Shown: one piece after another, positions 9,560-19,274 of the stretch
Numbering within the stretch: the stretch's first letter is position 1
How the letters are laid out: every line of letters begins with the position of its first letter
Assembly (NCBI GenBank): GCA_052168235.1
Contig: JBQLZK010000001.1
Location: 160,001-224,000 of the forward strand
Reading direction: 5' to 3'
DNA: 64,000 nt
Origin: Thainema sp.
GTDB lineage: Bacteria; Cyanobacteriota; Cyanobacteriia; Phormidesmidales; Phormidesmidaceae
Notes under the pieces: generated by a model
Told to the model about the DNA's origin: nothing
The model's input: only the letters and a program-made list of their open reading frames with translations
Database searches by the model: none
Made by a program: the position numbers and the translations under genes

Positions 9560-10252
9560 CTATGGTGAAGATGCGCCAAATCCAGAATTGTTTTGTCCCC
9601 GTATACCGCCTGCACCAAAGGCGTCTAGCCTTTCGACTGTACAAGTGGAAGCATCTGCGATCGCACCTCGATCACCCACCAACGTTGGGTTCGCAGCTAA
9701 CGTCGGCTCAAACTTGCAAAAGTACGCCCCCAAAAAGTCCCGCTCTGTATTGAAAATTCGCACGCTGTAAAGATAATCACGCGCTGCTGTGCCAAACTGA
9801 TTCAGCACCGTGTAGCGCTCCATATAGTCCAACAGACTCCACGGCTGGGCATTCACAACGATATCGACTCGTCGAACCGCAGTCGCCGCATCCGGATAGG
9901 CCAACCAATTTTCGACTAGCAGCGGATTAAACTGCTCGGCAATCTGATCCCGCGTGTACCACAGGCTGGGAATCGTCAACTGCGCCTGATTCACGTCATT
10001 GGCCGTGATCACCCCCGTCGTTTTGACGCCTCCATCCCCCGCCGCATTGTCCGGCGATTCTGTGTCCTCATCCAGCAGCTCCGGCTGAAACGGCGCATTC
10101 AGCAATGCCTCCAACTGGCTATCCTGCCGATACGACGCAATCTTCTTCGCAGCGGCTGAATCGGTCATTAGCATCAATCCAAGAGCAAGTGCGATCGCAC
10201 TCCATCTCCCCAACATTCGGTACTGCCCAGCTCGAACCTTCATTGCACCCAT
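9560..10252 (-). CDS. Hypothetical exported protein
   Basis: 230-aa ORF with a signal-peptide-like N-terminus; no family recognised. Confidence 0.65.
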   Translation of the reverse strand: MGAMKVRAGQYRMLGRWSAIALALGLMLMTDSAAAKKIASYRQDSQLEALLNAPFQPELLDEDTESPDNAAGDGGVKTTGVITANDVNQAQLTIPSLWYTRDQIAEQFNPLLVENWLAYPDAATAVRRVDIVVNAQPWSLLDYMERYTVLNQFGTAARDYLYSVRIFNTERDFLGAYFCKFEPTLAANPTLVGDRGAIADASTCTVERLDAFGAGGIRGQNNSGFGASSP

Positions 10253-10435
10253 TCCCCGCCTTTCCTAAATAGTTGCCCTTCACGTGTGAGTAGTCGCGGT
10301 CTTGCACAGCGAACTCGGTTCGTCCAAACCCATCCTCCAAGGCCACCCAAAATCGTAGAGCTAGTCAAACACAACCACCTAGATAGCTCACCATTGATCA
10401 TCAAGCGAAGCGTAATCCTTCTTCACTCCTCACCC

Positions 10436-11698
10436 TCACCCCACCATCATCACCCTCACCATACTCCCCGCTTCAATCACCGTCTCCCCCATTGGCACCA
10501 CCGCCAGTCCAGACGTATTGGCCAAATTAATCAAGTTACCTGAACTATGACTGCCACCTGACAAAGCAAACTCGTAGCCATCAGCAGTTAACGATAGCTG
10601 TCCCCACAAATAAGTTTCCCGTTTACCGCCCGCTTTCAGCGTCTGTTGCGATCGCGCTTGCACAAATTTGGGCGACCAGGGTGCAGGTAGTCCCGACCGT
10701 TTACGAATTGCAGGCTGCACAAATCGCCAGAAGCTTACCAGTGCCGAAACCGGATTGCCCGGTAGACCAAAGTAAAAGGCTTGAGACTGAGCTTCCGTGT
10801 CCGGATCGGTTTTCGGTAGGGTAGCGAACGTCAGCGGCTTACCGGGCTTGACTGCAACAGAGCGAATATGCAGCGTTGCATCCAGTTCCGCCAAGATGTC
10901 ATCCACATAGTCATAGTCACCCACGGAAACGCCACCAGAGGACAGAACGATATCGGCTTGTGATGCCGCTTTTGCGATCGCATCTTTCAGCACGTCCCGA
11001 TCATCAGGCACAATCCCCATTGTCAGCGGGATCGCACCCGCTTGAGCCACTAGAGCAGCCAAAGCGTATTGATTGGAGTCAACAATTTCACCTGGCCTCA
11101 GCTTTTGGTTAATTGGCATCAACTCGTCGCCCGTGGACAGAATCGCCACCCTGGGTCGTCGATAGACGGGAATTTCAATGCACTGGGCGGCAGCGAGAAC
11201 GGCAATTTCGGGCGCTTGTACGTAGGAGCCAGCCGGGAGAAGCGGTTCGCCTGCTTTGTAGAAGCTGCCTTGATGGCGCACAAATGCTTGCGATTCTGGT
11301 GCAGCTAGGATTTTGACCTGTGCCCCATCGCGCTCCGTTTCCTCTTGAATCACAATCGTATCGGCTCCCTCCGGCATCATCGAACCCGTAAAGATGCGAG
11401 AGGCTTGGCCAGCGCTGACTGGACGGACGGGCGTTTTTCCTGCCGGAATGTCTTCAATCACATCCAATACCGTTGGCTGATCGGCAGACGCATTAGCCAC
11501 ATCCTCATAGCGCACTGCATAGCCATCCATCGCGGAGTTGTCCCAGTGGGGAAAATCTAGTTCACTGGTCACAGGCGCGGCTAATATTCGCTGGAGGACT
11601 GCGCCAAGAGAGACTAATTCGCGATCGCACTCTGCATCCAGCGGCTGCACCTGCTCTAAAATCAACGCTTCTGCTTCTTCTACCCGCATCATCGACAT
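10436..11698 (-). CDS. moeA: Molybdopterin molybdotransferase MoeA
   Basis: DNSAMDGYA, RIFTG..MPEGAD, STGDEL, SSGGVSVGDYD, KPGKP, GLPGNPVS. Confidence 0.96.
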   Translation of the reverse strand: MSMMRVEEAEALILEQVQPLDAECDRELVSLGAVLQRILAAPVTSELDFPHWDNSAMDGYAVRYEDVANASADQPTVLDVIEDIPAGKTPVRPVSAGQASRIFTGSMMPEGADTIVIQEETERDGAQVKILAAPESQAFVRHQGSFYKAGEPLLPAGSYVQAPEIAVLAAAQCIEIPVYRRPRVAILSTGDELMPINQKLRPGEIVDSNQYALAALVAQAGAIPLTMGIVPDDRDVLKDAIAKAASQADIVLSSGGVSVGDYDYVDDILAELDATLHIRSVAVKPGKPLTFATLPKTDPDTEAQSQAFYFGLPGNPVSALVSFWRFVQPAIRKRSGLPAPWSPKFVQARSQQTLKAGGKRETYLWGQLSLTADGYEFALSGGSHSSGNLINLANTSGLAVVPMGETVIEAGSMVRVMMVG

Positions 11699-11954
11699 AA
11701 CTATCTAACCTAATCTCATCAATCCGTCGTCGGTTCGTCGTCTGTTACCTGTAATCTATCCTCAACCTACCTGTAGAGGGACAGATTTAGCCAACAAATT
11801 GGTGCATCCAATCCAAATTGCTCAACAAACCGTCCCTACACCAGGAAACGTGCAGGCAGAAAGGAATGAATTTAACTGAAAAGTAGCTCCATCCAATCAA
11901 CAATGAGTCAATGCATCCCGCCACTACAAAGATGCTTGGGAACACTAATCCCTG

Positions 11955-12743
11955 CTATTTCAAGACCTGAATTGGCCCTTCTACCGCACCGTCAAAGAAC
12001 TGACGCACAACGGGATGGGTGGTGCTGTCAATGTCATCGACACCGCCCTGCCACTGGATTTTGCCACCATAGAGGAAAATGATTCGATCCGATGTGCGGC
12101 GAATGGTGCTGTCCTGGTGCGTCACCATCACGTAGGTGCTACAGGCTCCTTCTTGCTTCTGCAAACCGCGAATCAAATCTTCCACCACCGTCGAAGCAAT
12201 CGGATCGAGTCCGGCAGTTGGTTCGTCGTAGAGCAGCACTTCCGGATTGTCAGCAGGATTGAGCGGATTGGTCATAATCGCACGAGCAAAGCTGACCCGC
12301 TTACGCATACCACCGGATAACTGCGCCGGATAGCGTCCGCCAATGCCCGGTAGGCCAACCAGTGAGAGCTTGTCTTCAACTAGCTTGCGGATTTCTGCCG
12401 CTGGCATCCGCGTATGCTGGTAGAGCAAAAAGCCGACGTTCTCTTCAACGGTCAGCGAATCAAACAAAGCCGCCTGCTGAAACACCATACCGATGCCAAT
12501 CGGATCGGGTTCGTCCTCAATTAGTCCTTTTCGCTGCTTACCCGCTATGTAAATTTCTCCAGCATCAGGTTCCAGCAGCCCCGCAATAATCCGCAAAATC
12601 GTAGATTTTCCAGTTCCCGACGGGCCAATGATCGACAGCGCTTCCCCACGATGAATCGTCAGGTCAACGTCATCCAAGATCACGCTTGACCCGAACCGCT
12701 TTGTGATGCCTTTCAGCTCAATTAGGGGGTCACCTCTATTCAA
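11955..12743 (-). CDS. MlaF/Mkl/TGD3-type lipid ABC transporter ATP-binding protein
   Basis: GPSGTGKST, VFQQAALFDSLTVEENV, LSGGMRKRVSFARA, LLYDEPTAGLDP. Confidence 0.88.
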   Translation of the reverse strand: MNRGDPLIELKGITKRFGSSVILDDVDLTIHRGEALSIIGPSGTGKSTILRIIAGLLEPDAGEIYIAGKQRKGLIEDEPDPIGIGMVFQQAALFDSLTVEENVGFLLYQHTRMPAAEIRKLVEDKLSLVGLPGIGGRYPAQLSGGMRKRVSFARAIMTNPLNPADNPEVLLYDEPTAGLDPIASTVVEDLIRGLQKQEGACSTYVMVTHQDSTIRRTSDRIIFLYGGKIQWQGGVDDIDSTTHPVVRQFFDGAVEGPIQVLK

Positions 12744-12746
12744 GGG

Positions 12747-15725
12747 TTACTTTGTCTCCATCCAGTTTTGCCCAGCATGAACTTCAACTCGCAGCGGTAC
12801 TTCTAGCTGCACCGCCGACTCCATTGCGGTCTGAATTTTAGGGCTGAGTTCGGCCCATTCATCGGGCGGAGCCTCAAACACCAGTTCATCATGCACCTGT
12901 AAGAGCAGACGAGTTTCATACGACTTTAGCAAATCTTGGATCTGCACCATCGCGATTTTGATGATGTCAGCGCTAGAACCTTGAATCGGCGCATTGGCCG
13001 CTGCTCGCAGCAGTCCGGCATCATAGCCACCGGGACGAATCGTTTGCAAGTCAATCTCATCTGGACTCTTACCCTGGAGCCGCTTTAGGCTACCGCTGGT
13101 GAAATTGAAATAGCGGCGACGACCTTTAATTGTTTCGACGTAGTTGTTTGCGATCGCATTTTTCTGCATTTGCTGCAAATAGCCGAATACCAACGGATAG
13201 CGTTCGTTAAAGCGGTCAATGAACATTTTGGCATCGGCCCGACTCACTCCGGCTTCACGGGCAAAGCGGGAAGCTCCCATGCCGTAAATGACGCCGAAGT
13301 TGATCGTTTTACCCAAGCGGCGCTCGTCCGGAGTAACGTCGTCTTTCTCGAACAGCAAGCGAGCCGTCAAGGCGTGAACATCGTCGTTGTTGCGGTACGT
13401 CTCAACCAAAACAGGCTCACCGCTCAGGTGGGCCAAAATCCGTAGCTCAATCTGAGAATAGTCGGCTGCAGCCAAAATCCAGCCCGGTTCCGGAATAAAC
13501 GCCGCCCGAATCTGGCGACTGAAGGCGGTGCGAATCGGAATGTTTTGCAGGTTGGGATTGGACGAAGACAGGCGGCCTGTGGTCGTAATCGCCTGATTGA
13601 AGTCGGTATGTACCCGTCCCGTTTTGGGATTGACTAGCTCCGGCAGCGCATCCACATAGGTCGATTTCAGTTTGGACAACGTGCGAAATTCCACCACCGC
13701 ATCCACGACTGGGTGATCGCCCTGCAGTTTCTCTAGCGTGGCGGCATCGGTAGAGTAGCCCGTCTTCATCTTGCGCGACTTGCGCTTATCCAGTCCCAGC
13801 TTGTCAAAGAACAATTCGCTCAACTGCTTGGGCGAACCGAGATTAAACGTCTCGCCAGCATCCTCATACGCCTGCTGCTCGATCTCTTGCAAGTTCTTTT
13901 CCAGTTGAACTGAAAGTTTACGCAAGTACTCTTGATCGATGCGAATGCCCGTATATTCCATGTCGGCCAGAACAGGCTCCAGCGGCAGCTCGATCTCATG
14001 CAGCAAGGCCGGAAACGCTTCGACCTGCTCCAGTTGCGCCTGCAAGAGGGGTACTAACCGATAAGTCAGATGGACATCCATGCCACAGTAGTTAGCCACC
14101 GCTGGGATACTGACATCGGCAATCGTTTGCTTTTTGGGGACGAGATCGGTGTAGCTCGTCACTTCTAACCCAAAATAGCGCAGCGCCATATCGGTGAGAT
14201 TATGGCTACTTTCGGGATTGATCACGTAGCTGGCCAGCATCGGGTCAAACACCACGCCCTTCAGGTCAACTCCCTGGCAGCGCAGCACCAGCCGATCAAA
14301 CTTAGCATTCTGAAACGCCTTGGGATAAGCAGGATCTTCTAAGAGCGATCGCAACCTCTCCAGCACCGTCTGCACGTCCAGAGATTTCCCGACAGTGTGA
14401 CCAACGGGAATATAGGCCATGTCCGCCGCTTCCTCACCCCAGCAGCAGCCGATGCCGACTAACTGAGCCTGCCAGGGGTCAAGCGCTGTCGTTTCCGTAT
14501 CCCAGGCCGTCGGGTGCTTCGGATCAGTGTGCTGCTTAAGGCGCTGAATCAGCTCGTCTAACTCGTCGGTTGTTCGAACAATCTGCGGCTTGATCGTGAC
14601 GTTTTCGTCAGGAGCAGCCTGAGCTTTGAGCGTATCTTCGAAGGTAAAGAACGAAATGTCGTCATCGTCAAAGAATGGAGATGGAGGTGCGATCGCGCTT
14701 TTTCCCTCAGCCCCACCACTGGTTTCTGTCGCCTCAACCTCACCACCAAAGGCGGTCTGAATTTTGCCAATCCGCTTAATAAAACTCTGAAACTCTAGGC
14801 GCTTAAACTCTTGGACAACCTTCGCTTCGTCAAAGCCCTCCAGCTTACACATCGTCAAGCTGACATCAATCGGTACGCCCAAGTGAATCTGCGCCATGTA
14901 CTGCGAGTGCATCGCATCGTCGTGCCCCTCTTCCAGCTTCTTGCGAGTCGCACCTTTAATTTGGTCAATCGACGCATAAATATTTTGCAGGGAGCCATAC
15001 TCGTCCAGCAGCTTGACCGCTGTTTTTTGCCCAATTCCTTTTACACCAGGAATATTATCTGAGGTGTCGCCACAGAGGGCCTTGTAATCCACCACCTGAT
15101 CGGGGCGAATGCCCAGCTTTTCCTGCACCTGCTGGGGGCCAAATTCCGTTACTCTGGCTCCAGCCCGATAGAGAGCGCTGCCCATATGCAGCACGGAAAT
15201 TCCCTGCTCTGGATCAATGAGCTGAAACATATCCTGGTCGCCGCTGAGGATTTTGACCCGATAGCCGTCCTGAGCGGCTTTACGCGCTGTTGTCCCCAGC
15301 ACGTCATCCGCTTCGTAGCCATCCAGCATCAGAATCGGCACCCGCATCAGCGTCAGCAGCGCTTGCAGGTTTTTGATATCTTCTCGAAAATCATCTGGCG
15401 CTTCTGGTCGATCTGCCTTGTATGTGACATCGACATCATGGCGAAATGTGGGGGCACTGGAGTCGAACGCTGCCGCCGCATAGTCTGGCCGCTCGGAATC
15501 CATCACGTCCATCAGCAGCGTTAAGAAGCCGTAGGTAGCACTAGTGGGAATGCCAGAAGAAGTTCGCAATCCACCATCCGGGCCACGAGAAAAGGCATAG
15601 TAGGCCCGGTAGGCCAGCGAATGGCCATCAACGAGGAGCAGCGTGGGTTTCTCAGTCGCTTTGGGTGTCGCGGTTTCAGGAGTTGAATCAGCCAAGATTA
15701 GATCGAACAGATGAGCAAACGACAT
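12747..15725 (-). CDS. polA: DNA polymerase I
   Basis: 5'-3' exonuclease (LLVDGHSLAYRAY, YEADD, GDTSDNIPGV), 3'-5' exonuclease-like domain, and polymerase motifs DYSQIELR, KTINFGVIYG, LLQVHDEL. Start uncertain (ATG 15725 or TTG 15695). Confidence 0.97.
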   Translation of the reverse strand: MSFAHLFDLILADSTPETATPKATEKPTLLLVDGHSLAYRAYYAFSRGPDGGLRTSSGIPTSATYGFLTLLMDVMDSERPDYAAAAFDSSAPTFRHDVDVTYKADRPEAPDDFREDIKNLQALLTLMRVPILMLDGYEADDVLGTTARKAAQDGYRVKILSGDQDMFQLIDPEQGISVLHMGSALYRAGARVTEFGPQQVQEKLGIRPDQVVDYKALCGDTSDNIPGVKGIGQKTAVKLLDEYGSLQNIYASIDQIKGATRKKLEEGHDDAMHSQYMAQIHLGVPIDVSLTMCKLEGFDEAKVVQEFKRLEFQSFIKRIGKIQTAFGGEVEATETSGGAEGKSAIAPPSPFFDDDDISFFTFEDTLKAQAAPDENVTIKPQIVRTTDELDELIQRLKQHTDPKHPTAWDTETTALDPWQAQLVGIGCCWGEEAADMAYIPVGHTVGKSLDVQTVLERLRSLLEDPAYPKAFQNAKFDRLVLRCQGVDLKGVVFDPMLASYVINPESSHNLTDMALRYFGLEVTSYTDLVPKKQTIADVSIPAVANYCGMDVHLTYRLVPLLQAQLEQVEAFPALLHEIELPLEPVLADMEYTGIRIDQEYLRKLSVQLEKNLQEIEQQAYEDAGETFNLGSPKQLSELFFDKLGLDKRKSRKMKTGYSTDAATLEKLQGDHPVVDAVVEFRTLSKLKSTYVDALPELVNPKTGRVHTDFNQAITTTGRLSSSNPNLQNIPIRTAFSRQIRAAFIPEPGWILAAADYSQIELRILAHLSGEPVLVETYRNNDDVHALTARLLFEKDDVTPDERRLGKTINFGVIYGMGASRFAREAGVSRADAKMFIDRFNERYPLVFGYLQQMQKNAIANNYVETIKGRRRYFNFTSGSLKRLQGKSPDEIDLQTIRPGGYDAGLLRAAANAPIQGSSADIIKIAMVQIQDLLKSYETRLLLQVHDELVFEAPPDEWAELSPKIQTAMESAVQLEVPLRVEVHAGQNWMETK

Positions 15726-15942
15726 CTCATTGTAACGAGCAATTGGCGATGCGGATGATGATGCAGTGGCGAGGCAATTTATTGCCTCGGTTAAATAGGA
15801 TATCAGCGCTGCACGAGGATGATCAGAATGAACACTGCGACGGCAATGGCAACATAGGGAAACCATTGGATTTGGCCTTATTGGCAGTTGCGGGCTTATG
15901 CTGTAAACGTGGTTGTTGAGATGAGGTTATATTTCATACCAC

Positions 15943-16212
15943 TCATGGAAAGTAGCGGTAGAATTCGCGGCGGTGTAGCACTCTCATGACTTCTAACGTG
16001 TCGCCGTTAAGTTCAACTCCAACCCGATAATCACCGACGCGAATGCGATATCGGTTGGGATAGCCTATTAATGCTTTTACATTAGGCAGACTTTGGAGGG
16101 ACTGAGCTGCTGGCAATGTTGTAAAGGCAAGCTCAAAGATTCGCTGATAAGCGGATGAGCCTTTGAGTTTTTTCAGATCTTTCAAAAAGAGCTTCCGATA
16201 CTCAATCTTCAA
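15943..16212 (-). CDS. RelE/ParE family toxin
   Basis: TTG start at 16212 overlaps the antitoxin stop (TTGA); 89 aa MKIEYRKLFLKDLKKL...YRIRVGDYRVG...RVLHRREFYRYFP. Confidence 0.9.
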   Translation of the reverse strand: MKIEYRKLFLKDLKKLKGSSAYQRIFELAFTTLPAAQSLQSLPNVKALIGYPNRYRIRVGDYRVGVELNGDTLEVMRVLHRREFYRYFP

Positions 16213-16442
16213 TCGGCTTCCTCCTCTGCCAAAAACTGAAGCGCATCTTCGCGGCTGAGCAGGGGCGATGTTTTGGCTTCGTCCATCGCTTTGTTTAAGC
16301 AGTAGTCTGCTAAATTTTCGGCGAGATTTTCGAGTGTTTCGTTGCCTTGGGGCATCAGTCGCTGCCAAAGCTCAATGGGAATGACAACGGCCTTGGGATT
16401 GCCGTCAGCGTCGGTGAGATAGTTGATGGCAGGGTTGGTCAT
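16209..16442 (-). CDS. Putative antitoxin of the RelE toxin
   Basis: 77-aa acidic protein (YLTDADGNPKAVVIPIELW...LSREDALQFL) coupled upstream of the toxin. Confidence 0.8.
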   Translation of the reverse strand: MTNPAINYLTDADGNPKAVVIPIELWQRLMPQGNETLENLAENLADYCLNKAMDEAKTSPLLSREDALQFLAEEEAD

Positions 16443-16467
16443 GGCCTAGCCTCCTTTATGTTTTACT

Positions 16468-19185
16468 CTAACGCTGCAAGATGATAATCAGAACACAGAC
16501 AATAATGGCGATGGCAATATAGGGGAGCCATTGGATCTGACCTTGGCGGGAATTGGACTTTGAGGAATAGGAAGAGTTGGGAAGGGATTTTTCCCACCAA
16601 TCAGGCCTTGAATCCTCTTTTTCCAGAAGAGTAGGCATTTTTCGAGGTTGCATCACAATAGTCTGATTGAGATTGTAAATCACTCGTTCACAATCCTTAA
16701 CTTCGTGGTCAAGTTGCAACTCTTCGTAAATTGCTTTTGCTGCTTCGAGATCTTGCTTCGCTGCCCATAGCTCGTCAATTCTGGCGTAAGCTAAAGCTCG
16801 GTTAAATAGATTGGCTGCTTGGCCCCTGGGTGTATCAATCCGTTTCGCAATTTTTAGAGATTGCCCATAGAATTCAATTGCTTTAACATGTTGACCTAAC
16901 GAACTATAAGCAAGGCCAAGATTACAAAGATTAGCAGCTTGCCCATGAAGATCACCAATCTTCCGATTAATTTCTAAGGCTTGTTTATGTAGGTTCACTG
17001 CTTTGTCATATTGGTGCAACGAATGATACGTACTGCCGAGACTACCAAGAGAAACAGCTTGACCATCAAGGTCACCAATCATCTGCGATATCTCTAAAGT
17101 CTGCTGATGCATTTCAATTGCTTTGTCATGCTGACCCAAGGAATTATAAGCAAAGCCAAGATCTCCAAGATTGGCTACTTTGCCTGTGAGATAACCAATT
17201 TCTTGATTAATTTCTAGGGCCTGCTTGTGCAGTGCAATTGCTTTGGTACATTTACCTAAGGAATAGTATGCAGAGCCAAGGTTGCCTAGATTTGTAGCTT
17301 GACCTTTGCGATGGCCGATCTTCTCCATTATTTCTAGGGCTTGCTCGTGCAGTTTAATTGCTTTATCGTATTGATCTAACAAGCGATAGCTTTGACCAAG
17401 ATTGCAAAGATTATGGGCTTGACCTTCAGCATGGCCAATTTCCTGCACGATTTCTAAAGCTTGCTCATGTAGCTCAACTGATCGAGCATATTCGCTTAAC
17501 TCCTTATAGACTATGCCGAGATTGCCTAGATTGGTAGCTTCCCCCCTACGATCTCCAACCTCTCGATGGATCTTTATAGCTTGCTCAAATAGCTCAATTG
17601 CTTTGTCATACTGGCTCAATGAGACATAAGCCACTCCAAGATTGTCGAAAGCAACAGCTTGGCTGTGAAGATCTCCAAGCTCCTGCTCAATTTCCAGAGC
17701 TTGCTTCTGTAGCTCAATTGATCTGGTGTACTGGCTTAATAAACGGTAGGCAAGGCCAAGGTTACCAAGAGCAGCGGCAAATTTCCGCCTTTTCTCCAGT
17801 GTTTTCGGTGGATAATTTTTCCAGGCTGTCGTCAGCCGTTCATAGGTATCTGCCCAAATGCGATAGTAACCTAGCAAGTCAAACCATTTAGTACATTCTG
17901 AGATCGCATCATAGGCAGCTTCATATTTGTCTAGCTCACAGTGATGGTGAAATACAGCTAAATAGTCATCTAAAAACTTCTCAATATCGTTTTGCTCTGG
18001 TTTTAGAGGTAAATAGTCAGTAAAGAACTCAACCGCCTTCTGATGTGCTCCAACCTCCAATTGTCGCTCTTGCAATGTCTTCTCGACAAACTGCCGCATC
18101 AGCGGATGCAATGTCCAGCGATCTTGTCGCTTCAGCAAAAAGCCCTGCATTTCTAATAGTTCCAGATCAGCCTCTGCCACCTGCGGCTGCATTGCCTGTG
18201 CCCGTTCCACATCAAACGGATTCTGATAAACCGACACCTCCAGCAGTGCCGTCTGCAACGTCTCCGATAACTGCTGCAACAAAAGCTGAAAAATCTCCTC
18301 AACCTTCGCTTCCGGATCACCCAAATTGTTCTCAAACAGCCTCTCAAAAAAGCTTAAATCCGTTTCTTTGAGTTGTCCCGCTGCCGTCTGATTCAGCCAA
18401 CTCGCCGCCAAATTCAACAACAACGGATGCCCATCTGCCAACGTCGAAAGCTGCTCTAAATTGACTTCTTCCGATGCAGAAATTTCCTGCTTCTGCAAAA
18501 ACGCCGCCCCTTCCTGCGGTGTAAACCCCGGCAAAACGTAACGAACCGAATCTTCAGCAACAAACCGATTCCGCGTCGTCACCAGAATCATGCTTTTCCG
18601 TCCCCGCTGTTGCCACTGCTCCAAAAATGCCTCAAACAATGGCCGATCTGCCGACTGCTCAATCTCCTCAAGCTGATCCATCACCAGCAGACAGCGGCGT
18701 TCACTCAGCCGATGAATTGTCTGAGTAATTAGCTCCTCGTCTGGAACTGACTCATCCGGAACTAAAAAGCCAATTTCTTGATGTACCCAGCGACCAAACG
18801 TACTGAAAGATGGCTGTTTTTGAAAATTGATCCACAGCGCATAGTCAAACCGCGCTTGAGTAACTTCATACGCCCAACACGCCAACAGCGACTTACCAAA
18901 ACCACCTGCTGCCACCACTTCAGTCAGCAGAACACGATCCGACTGTATCCGCTCCATCAAATTAGCTTGTGGCTGTGTCCGGTCAACCCATCTGTCCGGC
19001 TCACGCCTGGGTAGAATGGGATCAATTTCTGTAACCAGCACCGTGCGCTGAGACTCAATGCGATCGCCAAAATTTGCGGTTCCATGAAACTCACCAAATC
19101 CGTAGTTTCGGGAATTACCATGTCCTTCGATATCAATGTTGACCTTGTTAGGATCAAATTTCGGCGTTTTGTCTTGCCCAGTCAT
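16468..19185 (-). CDS. NLR-like STAND (NB-ARC) ATPase with TPR sensor, N-terminal amyloid-like motif and C-terminal hydrophobic tail
   Basis: Walker A AAGGFGKS, Walker B CLLVMDQLE, ILVTTR, DGHPLLL (GxP), WTLHPLMR (MHD-like); nine 40-aa TPRs; tail WLPYIAIAIIVCVLIIILQR. Confidence 0.9.
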   Translation of the reverse strand: MTGQDKTPKFDPNKVNIDIEGHGNSRNYGFGEFHGTANFGDRIESQRTVLVTEIDPILPRREPDRWVDRTQPQANLMERIQSDRVLLTEVVAAGGFGKSLLACWAYEVTQARFDYALWINFQKQPSFSTFGRWVHQEIGFLVPDESVPDEELITQTIHRLSERRCLLVMDQLEEIEQSADRPLFEAFLEQWQQRGRKSMILVTTRNRFVAEDSVRYVLPGFTPQEGAAFLQKQEISASEEVNLEQLSTLADGHPLLLNLAASWLNQTAAGQLKETDLSFFERLFENNLGDPEAKVEEIFQLLLQQLSETLQTALLEVSVYQNPFDVERAQAMQPQVAEADLELLEMQGFLLKRQDRWTLHPLMRQFVEKTLQERQLEVGAHQKAVEFFTDYLPLKPEQNDIEKFLDDYLAVFHHHCELDKYEAAYDAISECTKWFDLLGYYRIWADTYERLTTAWKNYPPKTLEKRRKFAAALGNLGLAYRLLSQYTRSIELQKQALEIEQELGDLHSQAVAFDNLGVAYVSLSQYDKAIELFEQAIKIHREVGDRRGEATNLGNLGIVYKELSEYARSVELHEQALEIVQEIGHAEGQAHNLCNLGQSYRLLDQYDKAIKLHEQALEIMEKIGHRKGQATNLGNLGSAYYSLGKCTKAIALHKQALEINQEIGYLTGKVANLGDLGFAYNSLGQHDKAIEMHQQTLEISQMIGDLDGQAVSLGSLGSTYHSLHQYDKAVNLHKQALEINRKIGDLHGQAANLCNLGLAYSSLGQHVKAIEFYGQSLKIAKRIDTPRGQAANLFNRALAYARIDELWAAKQDLEAAKAIYEELQLDHEVKDCERVIYNLNQTIVMQPRKMPTLLEKEDSRPDWWEKSLPNSSYSSKSNSRQGQIQWLPYIAIAIIVCVLIIILQR
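16705..17784 (-). repeat. 120-bp-period tandem repeat encoding 9 TPR units
   Basis: Recurring CAATTGCTTT / GCCAAG / ATTTCTA blocks at exact 120-nt spacing. Confidence 0.85.
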
Positions 19186-19274
19186 GACTTTGAATCACCA
19201 AAGTTTGCTGTCCCGTGAAATTCACCAAATCCATAATTTCGGGAATTATCGTGTCCCTCAATGTCAACGTTGAT
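19063..19274 (-). repeat. 81-bp direct repeat (19063-19143 and 19194-19274) encoding the shared signalling motif
   Basis: VNIDIEGHGNSRNYGFGEFHGTANFGD (receptor aa 15-41) versus INVDIEGHDNSRNYGFGEFHGTANFGD (effector C-terminus). Confidence 0.95.

Noticed and set aside
15726..15866. Cys/His-containing N-terminal extension of PolA in the ORF track
   Set aside because: Likely an upstream in-frame extension; PolA similarity starts near LLLVDGHS.
16213..16368. 141-aa version of the RelE toxin
   Set aside because: It overlaps the antitoxin gene; a TTG start at 16212 gives a normal 89-aa RelE.
19063..19274. Diversity-generating retroelement TR/VR pair
   Set aside because: The differences are synonymous third-position changes, not adenine-specific, and no reverse transcriptase is present.
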